Virus record (IMG/VR): IMGVR_UViG_3300021599_002318
Location: 1-64,000 of that record
Source of the DNA: an uncultured virus (IMG/VR IMGVR_UViG_3300021599_002318)
Taxonomy: Duplodnaviria > Heunggongvirae > Uroviricota > Caudoviricetes
Reading direction: 5' to 3' (one strand)
Length of the DNA stretch: 64,000 nt
A program made the position numbers and the translations under genes. The notes beneath the pieces were generated by a model. It did no database searches and was not told where the DNA came from. It saw nothing but the letters and a program-made list of their open reading frames with translations. Below, one piece after another: positions 7,228-16,658 of this stretch. Position 1 is the stretch's first letter. Every line of letters begins with the position of its first letter.

Positions 7228-9960
7228 ATGTTCAGTCACGAAGCAATTGAGTCTTTCCTATTAGGAAACGACCCCGAAGAATTTATTGTAGCAATAGAAT
7301 TTGACTACGTCTCCAATTCAATTTTCAAGGTAAAAGAAATACCTGGTAAAGGTAAGGAAATACGTAAAGACACTTTTATCCCATTCGCATGGGTCGGTGA
7401 TTTACGTGGTGTAAATTTCTACAACGATTCCAAAATGGCTCAAAAAGAAGCCATGACAAAATATGGAATTGTAATACAAAAATTAGATACAAAGGATAAT
7501 GAAAGATTAGAAAACGGTTTGACCTATATGGTAAAATCGCTCAAGGGATACAGAGAACTGATTCAGTTTTTTAGAGATGGTGGATGCGACCCATGGGGAG
7601 AAAAAACGAAAGATAAAATATTAATCCTTCCACCTGTAGAACAATATTTGGTCTCTAAAGAAAAAAGATTATTCAAGGGGTTTACTGATTATGATGATGT
7701 GACACGTCTTGTATTTGACTTGGAAACAAATGCGTTAGACCCCAAAGATGGTAGAATATTCATGATAGGAATTAAGACCAATAAAGGATATCATAGAGTA
7801 ATTGAATGTTTGGATGAATCACAAGAGAAGGGTGCTATACAGGAGTTCTTCAATGTGATTGACCAACTCAAACCATCAATCATAGGTGGATATAATTCGG
7901 CAAACTTCGACTGGCACTGGATATTCGAAAGAGGTCAAAGACTTGGTTTAGATATGAGGAAGGCGATTAAATCCTTACATCCCCAACACTCATACACAAG
8001 AAAAGATACGATTCTCAAATTAGCAAATGAAGTCGAAGATTTTCTTCAAACATCAATTTGGGGATATAATGTAATCGATATAATTCATGCTGTTCGAAGA
8101 GCTCAAGCCATCAATTCAAATATCAAGGCGGCTGGTTTGAAGTATATCACAAAGTTTATTAATAAAGAGGCTCCTGACCGTGTTTATATCGAACACACGG
8201 ACATTGGAAAATTTTATGCCGCTAAGGAAGAATATTGGTTAAATATTAAAAACGGTAATTACAAGAAGGTTGGTTTGGACCCAAAGATTGATGAGGTATG
8301 TGAAAAAAGAAATGACATTTATATCAAAACTACTGGTGACAATCTTGTTGAGAGATATCTTGATGATGACTTGGAAGAAACCTTGGCTGTGGATAAAGAA
8401 TTTAACCAAGCGTCATTTCTACTTGCATCTATGATTCCTACGACTTACGAAAGAGTATCAACCATGGGAACTGCGACTCTTTGGAAAATGCTGATGCTTG
8501 CTTGGTCATACAAACACGGACTGGCAATCCCTGCCAAACAATCGAAGACAGACTTCGTAGGAGGTCTTTCTCGACTACTTAAGGTTGGTTATAGTAAGAA
8601 TGTATTAAAGCTCGACTTCTCCTCTCTATACCCCTCTATTCAGCTTGTGCATGATGTATTTCCTGATTGTGATGTGACAGGTGCGATGAAAGGAATGTTG
8701 AAGTATTTCCGTGACACACGTATTCGTTACAAACAACTTGCGGAAGAGTTTGAAAAGTCTGACCCACAAAAGTCCGCATCATATTCAAACAAACAATTGC
8801 CCATCAAAATATTCATCAACTCCATGTTTGGTGCTTTGTCTGCTCCACAAGTTTTTGCTTGGGGTGACATGTATATGGGGGAACAGATTACTTGCACAGG
8901 TAGACAATATCTGAGACAAATGATTAAATTTTTTATGTCTAAGGGTTATGTCCCACTTGTAATGGATACAGACGGTGTAAACTTCTCCAGTCCCGATGAT
9001 GTGGAAAGTCATCACTATGTTGGTCGTGGGTTGAATTGGAAGGTAAAGGCGGGAAAAGTTTATAAAGGTCCTGAAGCGGACGTTGCAGAATACAATGACA
9101 TATTCATGAGGGGTGAGATGGCTCTCGATACTGATGGTGTGTGGCCTTCATGTATTAATCTTGCCAGAAAAAATTATGCGGTCATGGACGCCAAAGGAAA
9201 GATTAAATTGACTGGCAATTCCATCAAATCAAAAAAACTTCCATTGTATATCGAGGAGTTTTTGGATAAAGGTATCAAATTACTTTTGGAGGGTAAGGGT
9301 AAAGACTTCGTGGAATATTATTATGAGTATCTTCAAAAAATATTCAACCAACAAATTCCCCTTTCAAAGATTGCACAAAGAGCGAAAGTTAAGTTAACAC
9401 TCGAGGATTATAAAAAAAGATTAACCCAAAAGACTAAAGCAGGGAATACAATGTCCCGTATGGCACACATGGAACTTGCACTTCAAACGGGGATAGGTGT
9501 AAACTTGGGAGATGTTATTATGTATGTTAATAATGGTGTCAAAGCCTCTCATGGTGATGTCCAAAAAAAGGGAGACAGTGTTCAGATTAATTGTTACATG
9601 TTGGATGCAAACATATTAGAAAATAACCCCAATCTGACAGGTGAATATAATGTTCCAAGAGCAATTGTAACTTTCAACAAAAGAATTGAACCTTTACTTG
9701 TTGTTTATAAACAAGACGTTCGTGACCAACTACTTGTTACGAATCCTGAAGAAAGGGGAATTTTTACGGGAGAACAATGTGAACTAATCAACGGTATGCC
9801 ATTCGAAGATGGAGACCAAGATAAACTTCAAGAAGATGTTTTAGATATAACATCGGATGAACTATCTTATTGGGAAAAACGTGGACTTGACCCTAATTAC
9901 ATGTATGAATTAGCCGAAGAAAATTGGGAAACTAAATTAGGATTGCTTAAGACCGTCTGA
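7228..9960 (+). CDS. polB: Family B DNA polymerase with 3'-5' exonuclease
   Basis: Exonuclease motifs FDLET, YNSANFD, YLDDD. Polymerase motifs LDFSSLYPS, KIFINSMFG, MDTDG, KNYA. Confidence 0.95.
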   Translation: MFSHEAIESFLLGNDPEEFIVAIEFDYVSNSIFKVKEIPGKGKEIRKDTFIPFAWVGDLRGVNFYNDSKMAQKEAMTKYGIVIQKLDTKDNERLENGLTYMVKSLKGYRELIQFFRDGGCDPWGEKTKDKILILPPVEQYLVSKEKRLFKGFTDYDDVTRLVFDLETNALDPKDGRIFMIGIKTNKGYHRVIECLDESQEKGAIQEFFNVIDQLKPSIIGGYNSANFDWHWIFERGQRLGLDMRKAIKSLHPQHSYTRKDTILKLANEVEDFLQTSIWGYNVIDIIHAVRRAQAINSNIKAAGLKYITKFINKEAPDRVYIEHTDIGKFYAAKEEYWLNIKNGNYKKVGLDPKIDEVCEKRNDIYIKTTGDNLVERYLDDDLEETLAVDKEFNQASFLLASMIPTTYERVSTMGTATLWKMLMLAWSYKHGLAIPAKQSKTDFVGGLSRLLKVGYSKNVLKLDFSSLYPSIQLVHDVFPDCDVTGAMKGMLKYFRDTRIRYKQLAEEFEKSDPQKSASYSNKQLPIKIFINSMFGALSAPQVFAWGDMYMGEQITCTGRQYLRQMIKFFMSKGYVPLVMDTDGVNFSSPDDVESHHYVGRGLNWKVKAGKVYKGPEADVAEYNDIFMRGEMALDTDGVWPSCINLARKNYAVMDAKGKIKLTGNSIKSKKLPLYIEEFLDKGIKLLLEGKGKDFVEYYYEYLQKIFNQQIPLSKIAQRAKVKLTLEDYKKRLTQKTKAGNTMSRMAHMELALQTGIGVNLGDVIMYVNNGVKASHGDVQKKGDSVQINCYMLDANILENNPNLTGEYNVPRAIVTFNKRIEPLLVVYKQDVRDQLLVTNPEERGIFTGEQCELINGMPFEDGDQDKLQEDVLDITSDELSYWEKRGLDPNYMYELAEENWETKLGLLKTV

Positions 9961-10272
9961 AGAAAGAATATACCAATTACCTCCAACGTATTGGAATTCT
10001 ACACAGGCAAACTTATCTAATACAATTTCGTCCCATTCCTCGTCAATTTTTCCGACATCGGGTCTTACTGTTACCATAGTCATAGCTTTGACTACAACAT
10101 GGTCTGTTGTTTTTGAATCTAAGACTAAAAATGATTGTGGGATTCCTCTAACAATTATACAAAATTCACCGTTGGTTCTATAATCCAATTCGGATACAAC
10201 TGAAAGTTCAGATGTATTGATTGCATGACCATTAATAATTCTTTTGGATGGGATTGATTTTACTATTGCCAT
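9937..10272 (-). CDS. Hypothetical beta-rich protein, probably structural
   Basis: 111 aa, directly downstream of the neck gene. C-terminal VEFQYVGGNWYI resembles fibre/baseplate beta domains. Confidence 0.5.
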   Translation of the reverse strand: MAIVKSIPSKRIINGHAINTSELSVVSELDYRTNGEFCIIVRGIPQSFLVLDSKTTDHVVVKAMTMVTVRPDVGKIDEEWDEIVLDKFACVEFQYVGGNWYILSSDGLKQS

Positions 10273-10273
10273 A

Positions 10274-11401
10274 TTAGATTACGTAGATTTGACGAGGCAT
10301 TGCTCTGAATTTCATTTGTTTATTTAAATTTTCAGCAATTTGTGCTTCTCTTTCCATAACCTTTTCAGGTCTTAGTCTTGTAAGCCATCCTTCAGCGCCC
10401 GTCAATTCTTCCATCAGTTTAGATTTTTCATCCTTGGCTTCAGTTAAAAGACTGGTGTAATCCATTGTAATTTCAGAATCAGGTGTCTTAAGATTCCCAC
10501 TGTATTTACCTCTCACTCTTGCTAAGGTTTCTTTACAATATGCTGTAAACCATCTTCTTATCCATTGTTGTCCAGGAACATTGATATCTTCCCAACTCAA
10601 GGATTCAAGAGGAACGTCAGTCGGTAGTTTGATAATGTCAGGATTGTTTTTAAGACAATCAGCTCTACTGTCTGGTGTTACATCATAATACCAATACCAA
10701 ACCGCTTTACCAGCATACATGTTGAAATTAGCCCAGTTAAATTTACCACCAGGGGTATTCATCAAGTGTATCAACTTTTTACCATCAGGTAATGCGGTAA
10801 TCCTATATGTCATAGAACCACCGAGAATTCTATTCAAGATATTTGCTTCTTGCATTCTGATGAGGTAATCAAAACCAGACATCATAAAATAAGAACCTTG
10901 GTATCCCATCTGAGCGTATCCTGCTTCATTGGCACCCAAACCTATACCACCGAATCCAAATCCACCAAGACCTCCAAGTCCGAATGCTGTCCAAGCCTGA
11001 TTACTAAACCAAAGAAGTTCATTGACTTCTCTGTTGGCTGGTATTTCGTATGTCTGAACATTCTTTTCAATTATGAAATAATCTTTCTTCAAGACCCATG
11101 GTCCTACGGTCTGAAGTCCAACAATCTTAGAATACGAATATGCAAATTGTTGTTCGAAGTCCATTGTCCTTGTAACCAAAGCTCTGGCAACAGACTTTTC
11201 ATTCATATTGAGGTTTACTAAGTTAACCCATTGTGAATCGATTAGCCATTGTAGAATATATTCTTCATAATCACCAATAGATAATTCCATTAGCGAGTCC
11301 ATCATTTCGTCTTCTAATTCTACACTTCTTAAGGGTGCTCCCAACAAGTGTTTGACTCTTGTATAAATTTTACTTCTTTCTGGTTCTGGTAGTGCTGCCA
11401 T
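10274..11401 (-). CDS. Neck / head-tail adaptor protein (T4 gp13-like)
   Basis: N-terminal HLLGAPLRSVELED. C-terminal WIRRWFTAYCKETLARVRGKY...LLTEAKDE pattern. Confidence 0.7.
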   Translation of the reverse strand: MAALPEPERSKIYTRVKHLLGAPLRSVELEDEMMDSLMELSIGDYEEYILQWLIDSQWVNLVNLNMNEKSVARALVTRTMDFEQQFAYSYSKIVGLQTVGPWVLKKDYFIIEKNVQTYEIPANREVNELLWFSNQAWTAFGLGGLGGFGFGGIGLGANEAGYAQMGYQGSYFMMSGFDYLIRMQEANILNRILGGSMTYRITALPDGKKLIHLMNTPGGKFNWANFNMYAGKAVWYWYYDVTPDSRADCLKNNPDIIKLPTDVPLESLSWEDINVPGQQWIRRWFTAYCKETLARVRGKYSGNLKTPDSEITMDYTSLLTEAKDEKSKLMEELTGAEGWLTRLRPEKVMEREAQIAENLNKQMKFRAMPRQIYVI

Positions 11402-11419
11402 ATCAAATAAATATCTTTA

Positions 11420-12958
11420 TTATTCTATTTCGTGTAGTAGTGAACTAACGTTGAAGACATATTGGTTTTTATCACTTATAGGGTCGTTTTTGAATATAAG
11501 TATCTTATTTGTTTTAGGATTAATAAAAATATACCAATCGACTTCGTAATGCTTAACATTTCCTGTATCCAAAAGTTTAACTCTGTCCTCGATTATTGAA
11601 ACATTAGAGAATGGTTTAACCTGTGCAGAAAACTTTTTTCCATCTAAAATCACATTTACATCAATACCTTTGAAGGCGTCTTGTTTTCCACCATGTGAAC
11701 CAATCTTTTCAATTTTAGCATTACCATCAAAATAGTCTTCTATTTTTTTAATTGCGTTGTCTTCAGACTTTTGACCCCTATCCCAAAGTTTTTTAAGGAC
11801 TTTGATTATATTGATAAAGTCTTCGTTATTCTCTGTAAAGATTTCGTTTCTGAAGTGGTCCAATGCTGAAATAAATCTAGTTGTTTCCTTTAGAGTTCTT
11901 TTTTCTTTTTTTGAAAAATCAAACTTCTTTTCTGACCTTCCAATTAATTCAATCTGTTTGTTTACTGCTTTTACCAATAAACAAAATGTATTGAAATTTG
12001 TATTAAGGTTATTGAGTATAGACCTACCCTCGGGTGATTCTACACCATAAAATCCTGACATCTCTTCAGTATTACCCTCAACCCAAAAATGTGAAAATAC
12101 TTTTTTTAGAACGTAGGATACTCCCTCCTGATATCTTTTTTTGATTGCGTAATTATTAATCAAGTCTCTATAGAACAATACTTCTTTTGGATTACAGAAT
12201 TGTGGTTCTTTTGATTCAGTAATTATTCCTTGAAATTTGTTCGACTCTAGTAGTTTTGTTTCAACTTTCATTTCATAAAGTTTCTGAACAAAATCCCAAT
12301 TGACCACCTTCCAAAAATTTGAAATGTATTCGTCTCTCTTATTTCTGTATTTCAAATAGTAGGCGTGTTCCCAAAGGTCCAAACCTAATAGAGGGAAACC
12401 TCCACCTTCGATAACATTCATAAGTGGATTGTCTTGATTTGGTGTCGACATTATTTTCAAAGTATTTTTTGAGGTTAAAATTAACCATACCCAACCTGAG
12501 CCAAATCTATCCTTTGCAACAGTTTCAAATTTCTTTTTGAATAGATTGAAACTACCGTATTCTTTGGTAATTTTTTTATACAATTCCCCTGTTAATTTTT
12601 TTGGTGTTGGAGACAACATATTCCAAAAAAGTGCGTGATTGAATGCTCCTCCAGCGTTGTTCCTTACTACTTGGTCGTATCGACTAATGTTTTTGACAAT
12701 TTTTTCTAAGTCTAAATCTCCATGTTTTTTCTTTGACAGGGCGGCATTTAATTTATCTACATATCCCTTATAGTGTTTGTTGTAGTGGAAATTCATCGTT
12801 TCTGCGTCGATGAATCCTTTGAGGGCTGAATAAGAATAGGGTAGTTTTTCTATTCCAATTTTTTTCATTTCTGTAATCAACAATTGTTTTTCTGTTTCGA
12901 TATGGTTTTCGGTAATTTGTTTTTCAATTTGTTGAATTCTTTCTTCTATTTTTTTCAT
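11420..12958 (-). CDS. Fe/Mn superoxide dismutase fused to a C-terminal PD-(D/E)XK-like domain
   Basis: LPYSYSAL, HYNKHYKGY, NNAGGAFNHALFW, FGSGWVWL, NQDNP, LDLWEHAYY. An extra ~270 aa C-terminus carries G..SE...D.FKGID...QVK. Confidence 0.85.
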   Translation of the reverse strand: MKKIEERIQQIEKQITENHIETEKQLLITEMKKIGIEKLPYSYSALKGFIDAETMNFHYNKHYKGYVDKLNAALSKKKHGDLDLEKIVKNISRYDQVVRNNAGGAFNHALFWNMLSPTPKKLTGELYKKITKEYGSFNLFKKKFETVAKDRFGSGWVWLILTSKNTLKIMSTPNQDNPLMNVIEGGGFPLLGLDLWEHAYYLKYRNKRDEYISNFWKVVNWDFVQKLYEMKVETKLLESNKFQGIITESKEPQFCNPKEVLFYRDLINNYAIKKRYQEGVSYVLKKVFSHFWVEGNTEEMSGFYGVESPEGRSILNNLNTNFNTFCLLVKAVNKQIELIGRSEKKFDFSKKEKRTLKETTRFISALDHFRNEIFTENNEDFINIIKVLKKLWDRGQKSEDNAIKKIEDYFDGNAKIEKIGSHGGKQDAFKGIDVNVILDGKKFSAQVKPFSNVSIIEDRVKLLDTGNVKHYEVDWYIFINPKTNKILIFKNDPISDKNQYVFNVSSLLHEIE

Positions 12959-13017
12959 ATTGGCGAGTTATTCGTTTTATATAAATAACTCAGAATTGTT
13001 TTAAGGTTTGATTGACT

Positions 13018-13230
13018 TTAATTTATTTTAACATAAATGTCACTGTTGGTTGGTAGGGCTAATGTATTATGATGATATATAATTTTTCCGTTTTCTGAAA
13101 AACTTGTTATGACAACCTCTTCATTTAGGTCAACGTTAGCTAGTAATTTTGAATGTAATTTGTCTGATATAATTTTAATTCTATCACCAACTCTCAATTC
13201 AACTCCTTGGTGATTAGTTACTTTCTCCAT
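13018..13230 (-). CDS. Hypothetical protein (SH3/KOW-like LRVGDRIKI)
   Basis: 70 aa ORF filling the gap in the minus-strand operon. Confidence 0.55.
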   Translation of the reverse strand: MEKVTNHQGVELRVGDRIKIISDKLHSKLLANVDLNEEVVITSFSENGKIIYHHNTLALPTNSDIYVKIN

Positions 13231-13235
13231 CTATG

Positions 13236-14996
13236 TTAAGGGCGTAATTCGTTTATTCTTTTCAGAATTTCTTCGGCAGTGTCACCGATGTTTTGATTGT
13301 CACCCATAACGGTCGCGATGACTTGCTTCTTATTATTAAGTATGTCATATATCGCGCCTTCGATTGTGTTTTCAAATATTGGATAATAGACTAACACATT
13401 ATTTTTTTGTCCAAATCTGTATGCCCTATCTTCAGCCTGAGAGTGGTCCGATGGTAGGAATGATAAGTCGTTCATAATAACCGCTTCTGCGGAAGTCAAA
13501 GTAAGTCCAACACCCGCAGCCTTTATGTTACCGACAAAAACTTTTATTTTATCATTTTCTTGAAATTGGTCAACACTAAATTGTCTATCTTGTTTTGTCA
13601 TTGACCCATCAACTTTGACGGCAGTTTTTCCAAAATGTTGAACAATTTGATTTAGTGAATCTGTGAAGTTACAAAATATGATAACTTTTTTGTCCTGCTC
13701 TAATATGTTTTCGGCAAGTTCTATTGTTTGAGATATTTTCTCGTTGGCAATAACTTGTCTAACTTTTGTAAGTTTTGAAAATTGAACTGTTAACGATTTT
13801 GACTCGTCGGGGTTTTTATCATACCAATTATAATATTCCCCCATGAGTTCTTCATAGTCCTTTGATTTGAGTCTGAGATAAACAGGTGTGATAATTTTTT
13901 CAGGTAAATCCAAAACGTCTTCTTTCAATCTCCTTAGGATTGTATTCGAGGTTCTATCCCTTAGTTCATCTAAATTAGACGCACCCATTACGTTCCATAC
14001 TTTCCTTGCTCCGACCTTGAATTGATATCCACTGCAATATCTTATGACGTAGGCCATCCAGTTCTTGGCAACAGGGGAATCTACGAGACTCAATAAATTA
14101 TAATAATCAATTGGTCTTGATGTCATCGGTGTTCCTGTTAATAACCAAAGTCTGTCAATTTTTTTTATGAAGTCGTTTATAAGTTTGGTTCTTTGTGCTT
14201 GAGCATTTTTGATATAGTGTGCTTCATCAATAACAACCAAATCAAAATTGGCTCTAAGAATTTGCGAATCATCTTTCTTTTTAGGGTCATGGAAGTTTTT
14301 TAGAATGTCGTAGTTTATGATTACAAAGTCGTGTTCTGTGCTAAAGTTTTTACCCTCCGCTATGTATATTGTCCTGTCAGAGTAATTTTCAATTTCACGC
14401 TTCCAGTTTATCTTCAAAGTTGCGGGACATATGATTAAAACCTTTTTAGCCCCTGTTTCTAAGGCTGCAATTATAGTTGAGGTTGTTTTACCCAAACCCA
14501 TATCATCGGCCAAAATATATTTTTTATTTTCAACCAGTTTCTGAATGGATTCTTTTTGATGGTTTAACGGGGGTCTGTTTGAATATTTTTCAAAATCGAT
14601 GACAACGTCTTTAACGGTGTTGTCTTTTATTATAGAAGCCTTGGGTAACCAAAAATCATGTAGTTGTTCAGAGTCCCAAATCTTTCCCCAAATATGATAA
14701 GCTTTGTCCTTCTCCGCTAGAAGTTTTTCAACCCAGACTTTTTGTGGGATTTCAGTATACATCTTGTCGTCAGCTAATTTCTGTGCAAAATATGCGTCTA
14801 AAATTACCCACTTTTTGGCAACTTTGGGTTGTTTGTCGTGGTTATTGATTATGTATTCTGATTGACTTCTTGTTGGGTAGAATTTTTTATTTACTTGGGA
14901 TTTCCTTTGTAGTTCCAAGATATAATTGTTATACCCCTCATATTGTTCAAGAAGTGTTAGTGCTTTTGACTCGAGTGATATTTCTGATAAGCTCAT
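13236..14996 (-). CDS. SNF2-family (SMARCAL1/HARP-like) helicase
   Basis: LADDMGLGKT, DEAH, LTGTP, AAGVGLTL, QAEDRAYRFGQ. Confidence 0.93.
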   Translation of the reverse strand: MSLSEISLESKALTLLEQYEGYNNYILELQRKSQVNKKFYPTRSQSEYIINNHDKQPKVAKKWVILDAYFAQKLADDKMYTEIPQKVWVEKLLAEKDKAYHIWGKIWDSEQLHDFWLPKASIIKDNTVKDVVIDFEKYSNRPPLNHQKESIQKLVENKKYILADDMGLGKTTSTIIAALETGAKKVLIICPATLKINWKREIENYSDRTIYIAEGKNFSTEHDFVIINYDILKNFHDPKKKDDSQILRANFDLVVIDEAHYIKNAQAQRTKLINDFIKKIDRLWLLTGTPMTSRPIDYYNLLSLVDSPVAKNWMAYVIRYCSGYQFKVGARKVWNVMGASNLDELRDRTSNTILRRLKEDVLDLPEKIITPVYLRLKSKDYEELMGEYYNWYDKNPDESKSLTVQFSKLTKVRQVIANEKISQTIELAENILEQDKKVIIFCNFTDSLNQIVQHFGKTAVKVDGSMTKQDRQFSVDQFQENDKIKVFVGNIKAAGVGLTLTSAEAVIMNDLSFLPSDHSQAEDRAYRFGQKNNVLVYYPIFENTIEGAIYDILNNKKQVIATVMGDNQNIGDTAEEILKRINELRP

Positions 14997-15388
14997 TTTA
15001 CTTCAATGTGACTTCTACCGTCAGACCAATAACTTTCATCACCATAATAAGTTGTGACTTCCTCATCTTTCGAAATTGGTTTTGTTGCTTTAAATCTTAA
15101 AATGTCTTTGTCCAAATCGTCTTCCCATGTTGCGTTATAGTTTTCGGAATGGTTATATAGTGAACCATATCCAAGAGCAATAACGTGGTTTTGCCAATTC
15201 TCTCCTTTTGGAAATACAAATGTATAGTCAATTAAGGTGTAGTTTGTTTCTCCTCTTTGAACAGGTAATCTAAGAATCGGACACTCTTCAATAACCTCAC
15301 CCTCGTTTATGTCTTCACATGCGAAAACCCCCCAACCGTGAATTGAACTTTTTCTTACTTGTAGTTTTGTATTTCTTTGAATTTCCAT
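14993..15388 (-). CDS. SET-domain protein (putative lysine methyltransferase)
   Basis: SSIHGWGVFA, YNHSENYN, EEVTTYYG..YW. Confidence 0.88.
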   Translation of the reverse strand: MEIQRNTKLQVRKSSIHGWGVFACEDINEGEVIEECPILRLPVQRGETNYTLIDYTFVFPKGENWQNHVIALGYGSLYNHSENYNATWEDDLDKDILRFKATKPISKDEEVTTYYGDESYWSDGRSHIEVK

Positions 15389-15446
15389 TTGGATTAAATA
15401 TAATAAACTTAAAAGTATTTATCAATATAAACAAGTTCAGCTGACT

Positions 15447-15962
15447 ATGGCAGAGAAATTAGTTCCAATTACAAGACTCGGTAAATTTTTTGGCGGTGAG
15501 GATTACGCTCTCGACATTGGTATGGGTGAGGAGTGGTTAATTGGTGATATGAATTTCACCGTAATTTTATATAGAATAGATAGATACAAAACCAAAACTG
15601 ATGATGTATATGGTGAAGTTTTGGAAGATGGTATTCAGTTCTTAGCTCCCGTTGAATTGAAGGGTTACGTTCAGGTTATGGCTCCTACAAATAAAACTGT
15701 TGGTAACTCTAGAGTTGAGTTACAAGAACCAGGTAATATGAGATTTAGTATTTACCAAAAAACTTTGGATGACATGGGTGTTGATATATTCATGGGTGAT
15801 TATTTTGGATATTATGAAAGTGAAGATAGAGTAAGATATTATGTTGTTAGTGATGATGGATATGTAAAGTCAGACAATAAACACACCTATGGTGGTTACA
15901 AACCTTTCTATAGAACTGTTGTTGCCACATGGGTTAGTGAAAACGAATTTAACGGAATCTAA
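15447..15962 (+). CDS. Putative head-closure / neck protein (gp14-like)
   Basis: DDVYGE motif. Located upstream of the tail terminator and sheath. TATTTAT upstream. Confidence 0.5.
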   Translation: MAEKLVPITRLGKFFGGEDYALDIGMGEEWLIGDMNFTVILYRIDRYKTKTDDVYGEVLEDGIQFLAPVELKGYVQVMAPTNKTVGNSRVELQEPGNMRFSIYQKTLDDMGVDIFMGDYFGYYESEDRVRYYVVSDDGYVKSDNKHTYGGYKPFYRTVVATWVSENEFNGI

Positions 15963-15964
15963 TT

Positions 15965-16657
15965 ATGAGATTTATTTTAAAAGAATCACAATTGGGTTTT
16001 TTATTAGAACAAATATCCTATGACCCAAATGTTGAAATCATACAAAAGTATCTGATAAAAAAGGGGTATGATTTGGGTAAGTATGGTCCAAACAAAGATG
16101 GAGTGGATGGTAAGTTAGGACCTTTGACAAGAGGTGCGATGGAACAAGAGTTTGGTTTGAAAATTGTGAGAAAAGGTTCCTCATCACAAAAAACATCTGG
16201 TGAGTATGATGCAATTTTAGTTGGGGGGTTAGATAATAGGTCTGGTGACTTAAATATAGATTCACAAGTAAGTTTATTGAAACAGGGGATTGGAACTGAA
16301 AAGAATGTTAAAGGTTTTAGGTTTAACACACCATCCTCTACAATTATAGATTTTATCAATAAAAACCCAGGAATCCCGATTTATCTTTTCAGTGCGGGAT
16401 GCAGGAAATCTAATGAGATTTCAAATGTCTTGGGTCAAAATAAAAATAACTTGTTCATCATTGAGCCATATGCTGCTGGAAGTGAAACGAAAAATAATGT
16501 AAGAAATGCTGTGAACAACGGAGTTCCTGCTTCAAATGTTTTTGTTGGAAACTCAGTCGGGAGAGGACAAGGGATTGTGATTGGGGCGAGTTCATCCAAG
16601 TCAGACTCTCATTGGAATGCACTTAAAACTGTGGGTTCAATGACTAAAAATAATTAA
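15965..16657 (+). CDS. Peptidoglycan-binding domain plus alpha/beta-hydrolase-like domain
   Basis: IQKYLIKKGYDLG...GVDGKLGPLT (PG_binding_1-like). YLFSAG resembles a nucleophile elbow; C-terminal His present. Confidence 0.6.
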   Translation: MRFILKESQLGFLLEQISYDPNVEIIQKYLIKKGYDLGKYGPNKDGVDGKLGPLTRGAMEQEFGLKIVRKGSSSQKTSGEYDAILVGGLDNRSGDLNIDSQVSLLKQGIGTEKNVKGFRFNTPSSTIIDFINKNPGIPIYLFSAGCRKSNEISNVLGQNKNNLFIIEPYAAGSETKNNVRNAVNNGVPASNVFVGNSVGRGQGIVIGASSSKSDSHWNALKTVGSMTKNN

Positions 16658-16658
16658 T

